A stretch of DNA of 64,000 nt from Paecilomyces variotii (taxonomy: Eukaryota). Below the pieces are notes generated by a model. It ran no database searches. It was not told where the DNA came from and worked only from the letters and a program-made list of their open reading frames with translations. A program made the position numbers and the translations under genes. The DNA is taken from assembly GCA_004022145.1 (NCBI GenBank), contig RCNU01000007.1, one strand, 5' to 3'. This document shows, one piece after another, positions 1-14,832 of this stretch (the stretch's first letter is position 1; every line of letters starts with the position of its first letter).

Positions 1-529
1 CTCTAGTTATGGCTGCCCAGTAATCATTTCTTTTGTCCAGACGCCCTGTTCCCCGATCCAATGGGAAATAAGGCCGATGAAAGCTGGGACGCCACATTGT
101 TAGCCTGTATACTCATCCTGATCTAGACTTCCACATATAGTCGGCCATGCATGCTTATGGAGCCGGTAAGGTAAAACTAAAGGTTCCTCATCTCCCACGT
201 TTAATCCAAATACGAGTTATTGCAGGGTTCTAGATGAATGTCTTACAATAGTTGACCGTTGCGGCGTTGAAAGAGGGGAATCATGTGGCTGGCTTATTTT
301 CTTATTATTATATTGATGAATTCTTTGCCGAAAAAAGTCTCCCTGGTTCTTTTCTTACTGGATTCCTTTCGCTGCATTAAAAGCGATTCTCTACAGTGTA
401 ATTGTCTCGCTTGTTCGCTGTTTAGGCACGATATCGTTCTTTATCCAACATTCCTTTTCTGACGCAGAATTTCTACACTGGCAAAGTTTTCTTCCGCCAG
501 AATCACCAAATAGATTAAACAATCTCAAA

Positions 530-987
530 ATGAAATTGCTCACCTACATCGCCGTCATCTTCATGGCCCCTCACCTTCTTACCGCTCTTCCGACACTCCA
601 GCCCCGGACAGTTGACAGTAAGTTGACACCGAACCACATCGACCCCTATAAACAGACATCGACAATATACTGAACACCAACCCCCGATCCATAGCTCCAA
701 CACTCAGAATCCGCGATATCCCATCATCCGAAGTTGACCTGCCGGCCTTCATAACCGCCGTGTTCGACGGTATCGCCAACGTAATCGCCGCGTCGGGCGG
801 GGCCGCCGCGAACACGATCGCTGCGACAGGCGGCGCGGTTGCAAATGGACTGGGCACAGATGGAACAGAGTCTTCTTCTGCTCCTGCTTCCACGAACACG
901 ACTCTTATTGGAAGGGCGCTGGGAGAGAAGGTTGGAAGAGCTGTCGCGCAAGAACTGACGGATGCTTTGGCGGGGAAGAAGGCTTAA
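530..987 (+). CDS. Small predicted secreted protein (~126 aa, 2 exons; intron 618-694)
   Basis: ATG at 530 gives the hydrophobic N-terminus MKLLTYIAVIFMAPHLLTALP. A GTAAGT...CTGAA...TAG intron joins it in frame to the Ala/Gly-rich ORF ending at TAA 987. Confidence 0.7.
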
Positions 988-1449
988 GTAGGTAGACTGA
1001 AGCCCACTCAACTTGAGGATGGAGTCGTTTTTGCATCGCCCTCTCATGCCGTTCTATGCAGTTGAGGATTATAGGATTTATGGTTACTGAGCGCTAGTAT
1101 GTATCTATGTACATCTCTACATATCACTTCTTTTTATTGTCTCGTATTTAAAAGCACGGAGCCCAGCAGAGAAGTTTGCTTTGGTTTGTATAAGAAGACT
1201 ACATTGAAGTTTGTGGCTTCGAAATGGAAATCTTTCCCGTAGAAATACTCAGTAATACTTAGAGGCTGGGCTATAACATACGTAGTGATTTTGAGACGAT
1301 CCGCTCAACCGCTGGACAACTTTATCTAGATCGCATCGCCTCCAATATTGGGACCTAACAATTTTAGGATAAGTTATTATATCTTCACAGTCATCTATAA
1401 TTCAACGTCATGTACCCATTCCTGTTAAAAGCGATATCGTTTAGATACA

Positions 1450-3420
1450 TTATACTTTAGCAGACAGAGAAATCCTTGCTTCTTTCGTTTCCTCTTCCTG
1501 TTCGATTCCCTCGATAAATGATTCCTTAGCAAGCTGCTCTCTTGCCAGATGCCTAGTATTCTTCACATTTTCGTGCGGCCAAACTTGATTAATGGCCCAG
1601 TATACTGTAAACCCGAGAGTAAAAGAAAGACACCACCCCAGATGGCCCAGATTAGAAGCAGATTCTGACACATTCGCGCCGAGTGTCCCGACGAATCCTT
1701 TACCGATGTTAGCGATATTATCCGGACACTTGAAGAACAATGAGTTACTTACCCGGAAATGGTAGCGCGATTGCAACCACATATGCAATGTAAGCCCGTA
1801 AATTCCATCCTCCTGTGTACCAGTAATTCTCATTACTTTTCGTTCCGTTATATAGAGACGGAACAAAAATATTCCCTCTCGAAATCATGAAATACTCGCA
1901 CACCATGATCGCACAGACAGGCGCCATGAAGATTCCATAGCCAGAAAGGAAGGTAAGGAATGTGTTTGCAGAGAACATAATCTTCCATGGACATATGGCG
2001 TAGGCCAGAACATGAACAACAACTTGGCCTCGAACTATCGTCAGATACTTTGGCCAGAGCATACTGGCGTCGGAGCCAAATGGAATCATATTCGCTGCAA
2101 CGTTCGTGGCAAGCATGGATACCACCCAGGAAAAGGCGCAGAGAAAGATCGCAAACCGGACGTCGGACCGCCAATGCCTGTTCATGATTTCTGTCATCAG
2201 GTCCCATGGGTTCCATAGATCGGTTCCCCATTTATTGTTGATTGCCGCCGTTGCCAGGATACCCATGGTTGCGGAGAGGGTTACCGCTACGATATTGGCA
2301 AACTATGATCGAAAGTCAGCGACATGACTAGTTACTAGTATGGGTTATTGCACTTACAATGACACCAACAAAGGGCGACCGCGATGTCTTCGCCCACCGC
2401 GCAATATCAGGCTGATTGGTGATCAAGGTCGCCGTATTGCCCATTCCACTGTTGATGCACCACATGAAGAACCATCCAAGTTTGCTTCCGGAGGGTGCCG
2501 TTCCACCATACAGTGGTCCCAGGTTTCCCTTCGTTGCAGCCATACAATATATGAATAATCCGAACATTGCTGGTACTGCAATGGCGGCTTTGAAGGCAAA
2601 GAAACCCCGTAGCTGATGAGGGCGCAGGAATATGAATGGGATATGAATCAGCCAGAACAGGAAAAATGCTAGCATTTGCTGGGTAGTAAAGCCCATACTC
2701 GATGCGATGCCATTAGGGATATCCGTGAAGTGATGCCCGAAGATCGCATGGAGGATATTGACGAGGTAGCTAGATCCAGTATACACTATTCATGATTGAT
2801 GGGTGAGTTTATGCCTTCAAAGAAAAACAGAGAGAAGGGCTAGCTTACATTGTACTCCATACCATATGATAGCTAGGATAGCTCGTGCACCGACGACATA
2901 ATAGCTACCCCACCTGTGTATCATAACTATCAGTTTCATGATTGCGACAGTCGTTTTCTATATAGCACAGGACTCACATCCCAAAAGCAAAACGAGCTAT
3001 CACCGGGTACCCAATGTGGTAAGTTGTTGCAGCCTTGGAATTGAACCACGTCGCTGTGGCCGATATGGTTGTCGCAACAAAGATCACAACAATGGATTGC
3101 CACCAGTTGAGACCGATACCTACCATGCTACTTCCCAGCGTCCAGTTCCCGAATCCAAGTCCAAAGAAGAACGTCACATAATTGAACCAGTTCCAGTTGC
3201 GCTTCTCTGGAGGTGTTGGCTCTAGATCTTTGTTCGTCCATGCCCGCTCGTTAGAATCATGGCCTGAATCGCTATTTTGGAGCCATGCGACGAAAGCCTC
3301 TTTGCTTGACACGGTATATTTGAAGGCTCGTGCCTTTTCCTGGACACCATCTTTGAGAGTTGATAGTTTCGAACGCATCTCGGTAGCATGAGATAGCACT
3401 CTAGTGTCTCTGGATCCCAT
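1450..3420 (-). CDS. NCS1 family nucleobase:cation symporter (Fur4/Dal4-like uracil/allantoin permease), multi-exon
   Basis: Successive minus-strand ORFs carry NCS1 motifs: WTNKDLEPTPPEKRNW, YHIGYPVIARFAFG, NQPDIARWA, LWNPWDL, NVAANMIPFGSD, ICPWKI, GWNLRAYIAY. They are separated by canonical introns. The start could be the downstream ATG (MRSKL). Confidence 0.92.
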
Positions 3421-3829
3421 CACTTGGCTGCATCGCGGCTGTATGCGAGTTGTTAATGTATCACCGACGCAATTTTCTTATCTGGAGCTTTTTGATACGG
3501 CTCACATCTCCGATTAGACGTTGCTTAATGCAGTAGGTGGTTCTTTACCAATCGAACATGCTTATCTTTGGAGTCTCTCTTACACTATCGTAGTTATGCA
3601 TTCTCGGCGAATGAAATTAGTTAGCGAAAACGCCAATATCAGACAGCCTTACGTGTCCAGCGATAACGAGTAGTTCCATGTCGGCATCTCGCGCCACTAA
3701 CTAAAGCGGTTATGGATTATGCCCGTGGTTATTAAATCTACCTACATACTTCCCCATAACAGGATTCCATGAAGAAGCTCGAGCGTTCATCTTTCTGGTA
3801 ATCCTGTCTCTCTTCACGTCTCGTGGAAA

Positions 3830-4821
3830 ATGGGTCTAGAATCAGCACCGACAGATGCGCCCGCCTCTATCCCTCTATCTGAAGCGGAAAAGGCAAAGGG
3901 AAAATACTCAGTAGCGACTCTCCGACAAATCCTAGAGCGCTTCAACGATGACGGGTTTATAGTGCTTGAGGACGTCGTCGATGTGGCTCACGTCGAGAAG
4001 ATCAACAAATACATGCAGGACGATACAGACAATGTACTACGAGAGGTCTATGGTTCAAAGGCTTATTTCAACCACGGTGTGCGATCTAACATCTTGCACT
4101 GCGCTCCACTGAAACCCGAGTATATCTTCGAGGATGTGTATATGAATCCATTTGTTATTCAAGTGATGAACGCATACCTCGGCGCGCGGCCTCGTTGGAA
4201 CTTCATTACGGGAAACAACGCCCTCGGGAATACAAAAGGTCTGCGACAGCCTGTCCACAAGGATATCCGCTGGAGCGGGCACCCGACTGCTCCTTTCTAT
4301 GCGATTGCAAATGTGCCCTTGACCGACTTCTCACCAGAAAACGGGTCCACCGAGTTCTGGTTGGGGACTCACAAAATCACTACCACTGCTGACCAGCAAA
4401 CGACTCCGGAAGGTGCAATGACATGCAACGTGAAGATAGAGAAGCTCGAAGAGCGCCGCAAGGTGCGCCCGCCAGTACAGGTCCACGCTAAGAAAGGCAG
4501 TATTACGCTGAGAGACTTGCGGTTATGGCATGCAGGAATGCCGAACCCTAGTGATGAGCATCGGATCATGATTGCCTTGGGTTATCAGGCGCGGTGGTAT
4601 CCAAATTATACACAGCGATTGAAGGTGTGTCCAATTCCGATATGTAAAGGGGATATACTGTGTAGGAGATTCAACTAACCATGCCTTTTTCTAAGCTTCC
4701 TGAGAGTATGATGAACTTCTTCCACCATGATGATATTGAGATCATGGCAAATTTCGTCAGCGATGAGGAGGTACAGGCCAACCAACATAGAGACAACTTT
4801 CATTTCAGTGCGAGTGTCTAG
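3830..4821 (+). CDS. Phytanoyl-CoA dioxygenase (PhyH)-family Fe(II)/2-oxoglutarate dioxygenase, KanJ-like; intron 4625-4695
   Basis: FNDDGFIVLEDV N-terminus, HxD motif (QPVHKD), NGSTEFWLGTH, distal His (RLWHAG) and 2OG-binding Arg (HRIM). A GTGTGT...CTAAC...AAG intron gives a last exon ending at TAG 4821. Confidence 0.88.
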
Positions 4822-7800
4822 CGGCGACGCTTCTTCATTCCCGAGTGTTACCTTCTGGCACAAGATTCATGTTGTCATGTCCCCGGAAACGAGCTTAATT
4901 GCGACAATACAAAATATATTACTCGTACCTGCCGATTTGTCTCTGCAGTCAATGGTTATAGTGGAGAATAGCAAGGTAATAGACAACATGATCCTTATGA
5001 CTTAAGATTAAAATATCTCAAATATACAACAGCATACTATCTGCAGACCCAGGTGCTCAAGTTCTCATACTCCCCCTCCACACAATCCAGTATGCAGTGC
5101 AAACGAACATGTTACACAGTGTGTGACATTTCAGCTCTTGTCTCAATGACCCGACGAGCTCTCCCAGGGCTCCTCAAGCATCGGCAGTTTAGGTACTAGC
5201 GCTCTAGATGATCGTCATAGTCCTTCGCTCTTATCCACTAGCATAAGTGAATCATGACTTACTGCATTATATTCGGATCTCATAGAACCATGTGCTAGCT
5301 GCATGGGACTTTTTGCTGTTGGCCCTAGTAGGGTCATTGTACAGCCATAAAGAAAGTGCCGATCGCTCACATTGTTACTTTTACATCTGCCAACAAGGCG
5401 TCTATCCTAGTTCCTGCCGAACCACTTTATTTAGTTGTCTATTCGTTGTCTCTTTTTCCTCTAAATGGTCATGGCAGAGTAGCGAAAACTCAGCCCTGTG
5501 CTGATATGAGACAGAATAGCTCGGCTCCGTCGCATAGATCTTCCGAGAGGAGCCTGGGTATGAGACCAATGCGCTGGACTCCGGAACGCCGGCCTATCTT
5601 GTATTCGCACCAGTATCCGTGATTAGGGGGCTCACCCGCAACCCGTGGGTGACAAGTCACGGATAGTGTACTGTGGTTCATGGGGAGCATGTGGAGAGCC
5701 ACGTGTAGGTATATCGGATAGCATACTCATAATTCAAGGGCCCCAACAGCGATATCTGTCAGCAGCTGTTTCTTTATTCGGCCTATGCATGCTTTATCAA
5801 ACCCGGATCAAAGGCTTGAATGAAATGGTAGGTGTGACAACTATATCAGGGGTCCTCAACGACAATTCTGATATCAGGTAGCTAGAGTCAGCAGGGATCA
5901 GATTTTGTCTTTTATTTTCCATATTCTGTTCCCCTTTTGTTCCTTCAAAGAGCTACTGGTTCAATATACATTCCTAATCCGGGACAGTAGCCTCAACTAG
6001 GGTCCTAGATACGACCGTGGCGCACAAGCTGATTTCAGCTCTCTTTCAACATCCACGCCACGAACAAAGTTTCTCGAACAACTCATCCAGGACATATGCG
6101 AGTAAGCATTTAAATATATACTACACAACAGTCAACTTTTAAGACTTTAAGGTTCAGCTGTATCTGCGGGGTCAGATCCCTAGAGTAAGATACCATATGG
6201 CCCCCACGTGGCTACCCTACACTGTACAGTCCCCAGCTAAGTACTTGGGTCGGTATTACAGTTTTCGAGATCGAGTCATGATCTGCGTATAACCTTGCTG
6301 TTATGAAGATCCTTTAAACCACTTTAGTAGTGGAAGATATGACGCGATCCAGTCACTCTTTGATTGCCTATGTATTCTTCTAGACGTGTCATTGCATATG
6401 GAATGTAATGCAATGCAATGCAACAATGGGGCCAGCTGAAAGATGCAGGGATCTGCAAATCCTAGCTGTGATCTGCGTTGATACCAAGCTACATACATAT
6501 GGTCATAGTAGTACATATGTACTGCGCATTTTTCGATCTCTTTGGGGCATCCCATGGCTAGGCGTAATAACAACAAGGGGTCAGTTTAGAGTTGCACACT
6601 GCAAGTTGCTTACTTTACCAGGAAGCACTCAAGCTTTTTTTTTGGCCCCTCGCAGGTTGAGTTTCGACCGCACTCGGTCTAAAGCGTAGGTTAGGTAGTA
6701 GTAGGTACAGCATGTAGGCTTCTGGCTGCAGATCCTAGTACAGTACAAGAAAACAATGCACCTTTATAGAATATCCGATCAAAGAAAAGAATATGCAAGG
6801 TTTTTAGAAGACTATATAAGACATGCACGTAGTTGCATACACTAGTAGTAAATCACAAAACATAAAAAACGATAGTAACGACAACCTATTTGCGGAGATC
6901 AATCCCGTCGGTTCCAGGATCCGGTTTTAGATAGCAGTGGTAAACATATGCTGCATATCATTAGTTATTTCTGATTTCTCTCGTGAGGACTACTTGGGTG
7001 AGATGAGTTCTCTGTTTTCGGATACACGCGATGCGCCTTTGGTATCTATGGATAATCGTCCCAATAGGACATCGACCTGCTCCAATTTAACGCCCGATCC
7101 AGGTAAGGTAACTAATTTATTGGACTCTGCAGATTTGCCTTGCAGAGATGATCGATCATAGCTCATTATTAGAGTTTCTCGCCTGCGAAATGATCGACAC
7201 CTGCTAGGCCTCACATGCCTCTGGCATTAGAGTAATAATAGCTGCACGGTGGGAGAGAATAATCGGGAAGGGAATACTCCGTAGAAGAAATCATGTTATG
7301 CAGGAATAATGAAAGCGAATATCACCTGTCGAGGACCCTGACCCGATCAACAGCTTGCTAGCAGGAGGTTGAACTCTATTACTCGATTAGACATCGATGC
7401 CAACTTCGTGGCGCTCAGCTTATGTGCCATAGACTCACCGGACAACACGACGGTCGAAGTCTAAACCAAAAATAAGCAAGGACCTCGGTTTCTTCGTGCA
7501 ACATATGATGAAGTGAGAAAGAGTTATGATGGATAGCCAAGACCCTCGGTTCGGAACCGAGTTGGATTTTCTACTCCAGAAGAATCGTGTTCCATTGGCT
7601 CTCTTTATTTTAGGCCTTCCTCTGCTTCAGTTTTCGTTTCCTGATTATCACCAGCAGACTTGGCAGTGGGCGCCACACTGTTTTTGCCCCTTTATTGTGC
7701 TATGCCGTTGAGCTGTGCAAGTTAACCTCGGCAGCATTATTATTATTATTATTATCCAGAGTTAGATGCAAGCTAACTGTTCTCCTGAGAAGCGGTTCGT

Positions 7801-10800
7801 GGAGAGGACAGTAGTAGAAAGCCGTTACTGCTAGCAGATTCTCCGGTTGCTGTGGGATTGAGGATCTCCGGCTCTCATTTCCAATGCCCCGGCCATGAAG
7901 ACTCAACAGGTTATCTAGGCTAGAATGGACCTTCTACGGAGTACTTCAGTCAACGAGGCGGACTTTGTTCCCCTGAAACTCACGGTTATTTCGGCTGTAG
8001 ATAACCTGCGCGTCGTGATAAGGCGAGCAGCACAGCACATACCTGATTTGATATCTCTGTTCTATGTAGTTGCGTGCCGGCGGTTTGAGACCGGTCATCT
8101 TCCTCCTGTAGTATAACTGAGCCACCTGGTTAGCATAACTAGTTCCTTTGGTGTTGTTTACCCTATCTAATTCGGTGTGGTAAACCGGTCAAGAGCGCCG
8201 GACGCTACCAAGAAAGCCACCCCAACAGGGCCCCAGATAGCGAGCTTGTTTTAGCCTTGCTCCGACAATAGGGATCGCCGTTCGGCTGTTTCAGGTGCCC
8301 ATACGATGGCTTTTTGCACACTTGTCTGTATCTGTAGAATATGGTATCTAATAAACAATAATAATATTCAGCGCGAGAAAAAGCTTCCAGGTCAAGCTTG
8401 ATTTATTATTCGCATACCGAATAACCTCACAACTGGGCAATGGTGAACGCCACAGCAATGCCGATAGGCTAGCTTTTCCTCTAACTAGTACGCAATCTTT
8501 CGAGGCTGGCCACGTGGGCAGTATCTAGTCCGCAGAAGTTTCCAATAATTGTAAGGCTAGTCACCGACGTTATTATTATTATTGTAGCCGGACATTTCCC
8601 GAAGGTTATCGCTCCGCGATCCATCGATTAAGACAAGCTTCAGCACGAGCTTTACCCGGCGTGCAATAGGCATAACAGAGTCGGCGTTTGAAGAAGACGT
8701 GAGATTATGATGAGGACTACTCCGTAGCATTCGCAGGGAAGTTCCTGGCTGCCAAAAAGCGGGACCGCGAGAGCACGCAGAATTCTCCCGCGTTTCTGGA
8801 AGCGATGGATTGGATCCAACAGACACAATCGTGGCCATGATCGTCGACGCTTGACAGCATTCGTGTTGTAGATTGCGTAATAATGCTGCAACCCTGATCT
8901 AGTTATTTGAATTGCGACCTTCGAATAAGACAATCCATCCATGTACTTTAAAGCATCATGATGGTGTGCATCGTAGGAGGGAATCAATCGAGACGGCGCG
9001 GAGGTTAAACGTCTAGCAGAGAGCGAAATCTGCTCCGTGACTTCACCGCTGCAGTCTACATGGTAACGCGTGTAGATCTATAGATGAGATAATGCAAAGC
9101 CTCCTCCATTCAGCATGACACGGGGGGGGATCAGGCATAATCAGACATGCGCGACGGCTGAAGCGATGTTAACTCGAGCCGGTACTTCCCCGCAGAATTC
9201 TCACATGGCCGTGCGTCCTGCAGCGAAAGGGAACTCGAATCGAATCAAAATTAGAAAGCTGTTGAGCGTCCTGCGGATTTGTTGGTACATATCTAACACT
9301 GCATGTACGGAGTAGTAAGCTGACACGCGCTCGAGCAATATTTCTAATGACGATTATCATATCCTGAGCAAGGGCCAGGATGCCGGAAGGCAGTTGCGAA
9401 ATTGTGACGAAGAACGATAACCGCCATCGCACAAAATATTCGGTAATATTAACCAGATACCAAAATACGGTACGTCGTGCTCTGCGTAAAAAGCACATTC
9501 CCTTGAAGGATTCGACTGGCCAAATTTGCACGACAGTGGTCCTGGCCCGGCCCGTTGGCACTCGACCCATGGACCACATTTAATTACCGAGCTGGTCCAT
9601 GTTCAGCGGGCGCTACTGCGTAGTCTAGTCCTCTCTATTCGGTATGCAAGTCGGTGATCATGAAAGGATAGACAGGAGCTCGAAAGCGATCCTCATGGTC
9701 CAGTATTGCCGTGGATAGTGCGCAAGAATGCACAGAGTTGCATCCAAAATCAGTTCGTTGTTATCGAAATCGCAGCAAAAGGGCAGCATCGGTTTGATAT
9801 TCTGAACGAGTTGATCTCTGGTCCAGAACGAATTTCTCTACCAAGATTCAGACGGCACATTGTGGGACGGAGTCGGCAGTTACTTCCCGTTCATAGCCAT
9901 GACTGCGTCTCGCCAGATGGTTGGTTTCCTAAAATAATAAGAAGCGCCAGCTGGGGCTGGTTCGCTCTTTGTCGTGGTTGACACTGTAGATACCCCTGAC
10001 CCTTGACAGCCGAAAAGAAGAGAACCCTGCGATCGTCGCAGACCTGAAACAGGATAATAGAAGTCCCGAGCCGTGGCCCCCAAACCCATTGGGACTTTTC
10101 TTCTGAATCTTCCACGGTTGTTCCACGGATAAACTCGAGCTGCATCCGAAACGCAACCTTGCAGAGACAGAACGATAGTCTGAAACGAGAATGACAGCTC
10201 AAGTAGCAGATCTTGAGAGCTGAAATTATTTAATCATGGAAGAGCTGGAGTATACCTCGGCCGGATGGCAGACGAGTTTATCCGTACTCGTAGTACTCTA
10301 ATCCGGTACAAATATGAAGATTCACCAACCCCCTGAGCACTACTAGTAGTGTTTTCTCGGGGAATAGGAGTGCAGCACAACCCTGATCTCTCACTCTTGG
10401 ATCCTTATTATTAGGATGCGATTTCTCCGCGAGGTTCCGCAGGAAGAGTACGGAGTCCAGCAGCTCTCGAGTCATGACACGCCACATCCCACCGATGATC
10501 AGTGCACCTTTCGCCTTTCCCCATCCTGCACCAAAACCCTTGGTTCAGGGATCCCGGTTGGAAGAATCTCCATCATCGGCCGTCTGTGCATCTCGTAAAC
10601 AATTTTAAAGTTAGAGCCTGCGCATGGAGATACTGTATTTTCTGCCTGTCCATGTATACCGCTTGAACGGTGCACCGTAATACAGACCAGGACAAGAGTT
10701 GGAAATCTTTCGTTCCTCTTTGCGGTGGCCAGAGAACGAAACCCCTTGGCAATCTCGCTGATCACCCGCCAGGGGAAGCAAACATCCAGTGGATCGACTG

Positions 10801-12277
10801 AGCCGACTTTGGTCCTTCATGCCTCGTGGCTCCGGGTGCTGTCTTTGAAAGAAACGGCTTCTGCGCGTGGGCCGCTAGACTAATGCTAGCATTTCTCGGC
10901 GGCTCCGCAGCAGACTTGAATCATGGCTTCCGGGGCCTGGAGGCGACATTTAGGTGCTTTTAGACGCCTTCCTAGGACGCTCTAGAGGCGGTGGTACAGG
11001 CTCTAGAAGCCTCGGTATGCCCGCGACAAGGGAAACATCCCGGGATGGGGGCCGTTAGACAGTCCAATGTCCCGCGTCCAGGGGGCTGTTCTGGCGGACA
11101 GTGGCAGGTGGAGAGGCAAAAGTAGAGTAGAACTGGAACTTCGGGTCCAGCACGGTAGAGAACTAAAGAGATCACTAGAGTTAGTAGAGTAAATGACTCG
11201 TTAACAGTGGTTACGAAGTGTCGGTGCGCCGTCTGACTAAACTGCCCTGATGCCTCAAATCGATCTGAACTCCGTCGTTGCGGGCAGTCAGTCCCCGCTT
11301 GTTCCTCTCGGCATCATCAGACGAAGGGGGAAAAGCTGATCTTGTTCTTCTCTTCTCGTCTATCTTCTCCGTTCTCCTTTCGCTTCTGGTCCCCATTCGT
11401 CCTGGTTTGCGTGGGCTGGGTCGTCGTGAATGTTGGAGAGTCCGGGCTGTGAACCAGCTTCCTCTCCGAATAATCTCGATCGGAATTCGTTTCCTCGCGA
11501 CTCGCACAGATCAAGGATCGGCACGGAAGACGTTGCGAGACTTCGTTCCTGGATCTAGTTAATCTCAAGCCACTTGGGTTGTCTAGATCGATCCCCTAGT
11601 ACTTGCCTTCAAGAAACCCGCGTCGACTCGGATTTTGGAAACAACAGCATCCCTTTGTTCTGCGCGCCATTGACAACCGCCAACCTCCCGGAGACCAGGT
11701 TGGGACCTACGACGGTGGCCGGATCACCAATTCGTCAGAGTATTATTCTCTTTTCTTGCAATTTTTAATTCAAGAAAGGTACAGCCGCCGCGCGGCCAAC
11801 AGTGGACAAGACCGTGTGTTGAATACCTACATCCAAATCGAAGCCGGTCTGGTTGGCTGCTGAGTGGTCATTCCCTATCCCTACGTACAGTAAGTCTCCA
11901 GGTTTGCTCCTGCGCATGATTCCGGACTGGTGTTAATGTGCTTGTCAGCAGGTGTATTGTCACACAGACTCCCTTCTGCCATCTCTCGTTCTCGTTGGTA
12001 AGCGACTCCGGCTCTCTCCTTCTACGCTGCACACCGGATGGACTGGAATACTCCGCGATGGACCTGAAGTTTTGCTAGTCTTGCGCCAAACCTCAATTGC
12101 CATCTGTCAACTTGGGAAGGTGTTAGGATCGTGTCTCGCTCTCTTGCGCCTACCGGAGACCGTTGTCCATACGGTTGGGTTTTACATTGGATGGTTCGGT
12201 ATTGGAGAATTCGCATCTTCCTTTTGACTGACCACTTGCACCCAGAATAGTCGTCCTCGTTCTCCGACTTCGCCAAA

Positions 12278-13605
12278 ATGGGGTGTATGAACTCCAAGCC
12301 AATGGATCCTGATGACAAGGAGGCCGTGCAACAGAACGCCAAGATTGAGAAGATAATCCGAAATGACAAGAAGACGCTGGATCGCACAATCAAGATTTTA
12401 CTTCTTGGTAAGGACTCGCGCATAACCGGCGCATGTCGCGCGTAGAGTCAACCGTATAAGACGCTGACAATGTGTCATAGGTGCCGGTGAATCGGGAAAG
12501 TCGACAATTATAAAGCAAATGCGAATCATCCACTCAGGCGGATTCCCTACCGATGAACGTCGCCAGAACCGTGCTGTGATTTACTCGAATTTGATCGTCG
12601 CTTTTAAGGTCCTGCTGGAAATCATGCAAACAGAGGGAATCGAGTTTACAAGTGACAAAGCCAAGGTAGGAGGATGTCATATCCAGTTAGCCGTGGGATG
12701 GTCCTGACTAACCACTGCTTTCTCAAGGAATTCGCGGCACTGATCGATAAGACGGAACCCGATGTAAGCTCGGAGGAAGCGTTCTCTGATCGCAACGTGA
12801 AGGATGCCATGGAAGGAATGTGGGCAGATGAGGGCGTTCAAAAGGCCGTTGCACGAGGACACGAATTCGCTTTACACGACAATCTTCATTAGTAAGTTAC
12901 AGGGCCACCTCGCTCGATGTCCTTCGATGACTGACGACTCAGCTTCTACAATTCTCTGGATCGTATTTTCGAACCTGGCTGGCTTCCCGATAACCAGGAC
13001 ATGCTGCACTCTCGTCTACGGACAACCGGAATAACGGAGACCCTTTTCGAGCTGGGTCAGATGAACTTCCGGATGATGGATGTTGGAGGACAGCGGTCAG
13101 AGCGCAAGAAGTGGATTCATTGCTTTGAAGGTGTTCAGTGTCTCCTCTTTATGGTTGCGCTGTCCGGTTATGACCAGTGCCTCGTGGAGGATCAATCGGC
13201 GGTAAGTAAACACATATTATATGGAAACCCTACGTCGTATAGAAGTTTCTGATCCCTGGATAGAATCAAATGCACGAGGCGATGATGCTGTTCGAATCCT
13301 TGGTGAATGGAGAATGGTTCAAGCGAAAGCCGATTATCCTCTTCCTGAACAAGATCGATCTGTTCAAGTCCAAGCTCGCTCTCTCGCCGGTATCGAAGCA
13401 CTTCCCTGATTATAGTGGATCAAATACGGATTTTGATGCGGCCGCGAAATATTTTGCGGACCGATTCCGTGGGATCAACCGGATGCCGGAGCGTGAAATC
13501 TACATCCATTATACAAACGCCACCGACACGACATTGCTGAGCGCCACCATGGACTCTGTCCAGGATATGATCATTCAGAAAAACCTGCACACACTCATCC
13601 TATAA
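12278..13605 (+). CDS. ganA: Heterotrimeric G protein alpha subunit, class II (GanA/Gna2 type), 5 exons
   Basis: MGCMNSK lipidation-type N-terminus, [10 protein letters not shown]-loop, [31 protein letters not shown]. Introns at about 12408-12480, 12666-12727, 12892-12941 and 13202-13263. Confidence 0.95.
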
Positions 13606-14832
13606 ACACGGCGCCGCAAATGTGGATGTCGTAATCACTCCCAGAATAATCTGCCCCGCTGAGCTGTCTGTCGTTCCACCTACGGGATGTGAGCAGCTTA
13701 CTGTCCGACCATATCTTTTCTCGGAATTGTTTTCAAGGTGTCTGACGGAGTGTACCAGTTGATATAGGTGCCTCGTCTTTTCTTCTCTTTCAGCGCCGTG
13801 ACACTGTTTCCTACGTTTAGGGCTAACATTTTTCCTGCGCCCATCATGTTATACCACCCATCTCATTCCTCCATGTGTATATTGACTTCTCACGACCTTC
13901 CTTCGTTTTTTTTTTTTTTTTTTTCTCTTCATTTACACAGGATCTTTCTCCATCCTCCGAAGCAATTTCTCCCCGGCTGGCGGTCAGCAACGAACTTTCG
14001 TCCCTAGTGGAAGATACATGATTCCGTCCTCTATCGGACGGACTCTGTTGCTTTAATTATATTATCTCTTCGCGACCCTCTGATACCCTCTCCCAGGTTG
14101 TCTGGCCATGGTATTGATATTTACTGTTTTATGTTTTTCAAACATTTTGCCCCAGTTCCTTCTTCTCCGCCTCATTTTTGATCAATGTCACGGCCTTATG
14201 GGGAGGTCATCTGCACTGTTCCGGGTCTTTTTGGAGTATATCTCCGTTTTATAGTCCTTTCCTTTTTTTTTTTTGCTTCAGGCTAGAAATTCCCTTTGTC
14301 CGCTTGTTCAGGCCTTCAGTTACCCGACTATCTGTCTTCCAGATAGATCAGGAGAGCTCATGGAATTTATTGCATGAGTTATGGTTTACTATGCATTAGA
14401 CGCAAGTGAAAGCAAAAATCTCATCAAGATACCAATAATTTCTCACTCGTTACCTAGATTCGGCGTACGTACATACATACATACCTGTCTGTAGGAGGTC
14501 CTCCGTTCACGTGATCGCACGAACTGAACTGAAACAATATCTGGTTCCAAATACGCAGTATCCAAAGTAGTGGACATGATGTTTTTTTTTTCCTCTTTTG
14601 AAAATGAGCAATATTCGACAAAGGCTCACATCGGAGAACTGTCTGATGATCGACGTTCTTCAAGTTCAAGGCGGAATAACGTTAACGCACGAGACCATGG
14701 CGCTTACATAATAATTGCGCCCGCTGACTCTCCGGCTCAAGTTCGCCTTCGGGTTTGACGACTTCAAACCAACTTCATCCGAACAGACTCACGGGCATCT
14801 CTCCTCGCCTGTGAAACAACCAAAGCCTCAGG

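Noticed and set aside
5000-11200. Many short ORFs in the long spacer upstream of ganA (e.g. MPIAHIVTF, Dabb-like start)
   Set aside because: No coherent exon chain or family motifs.
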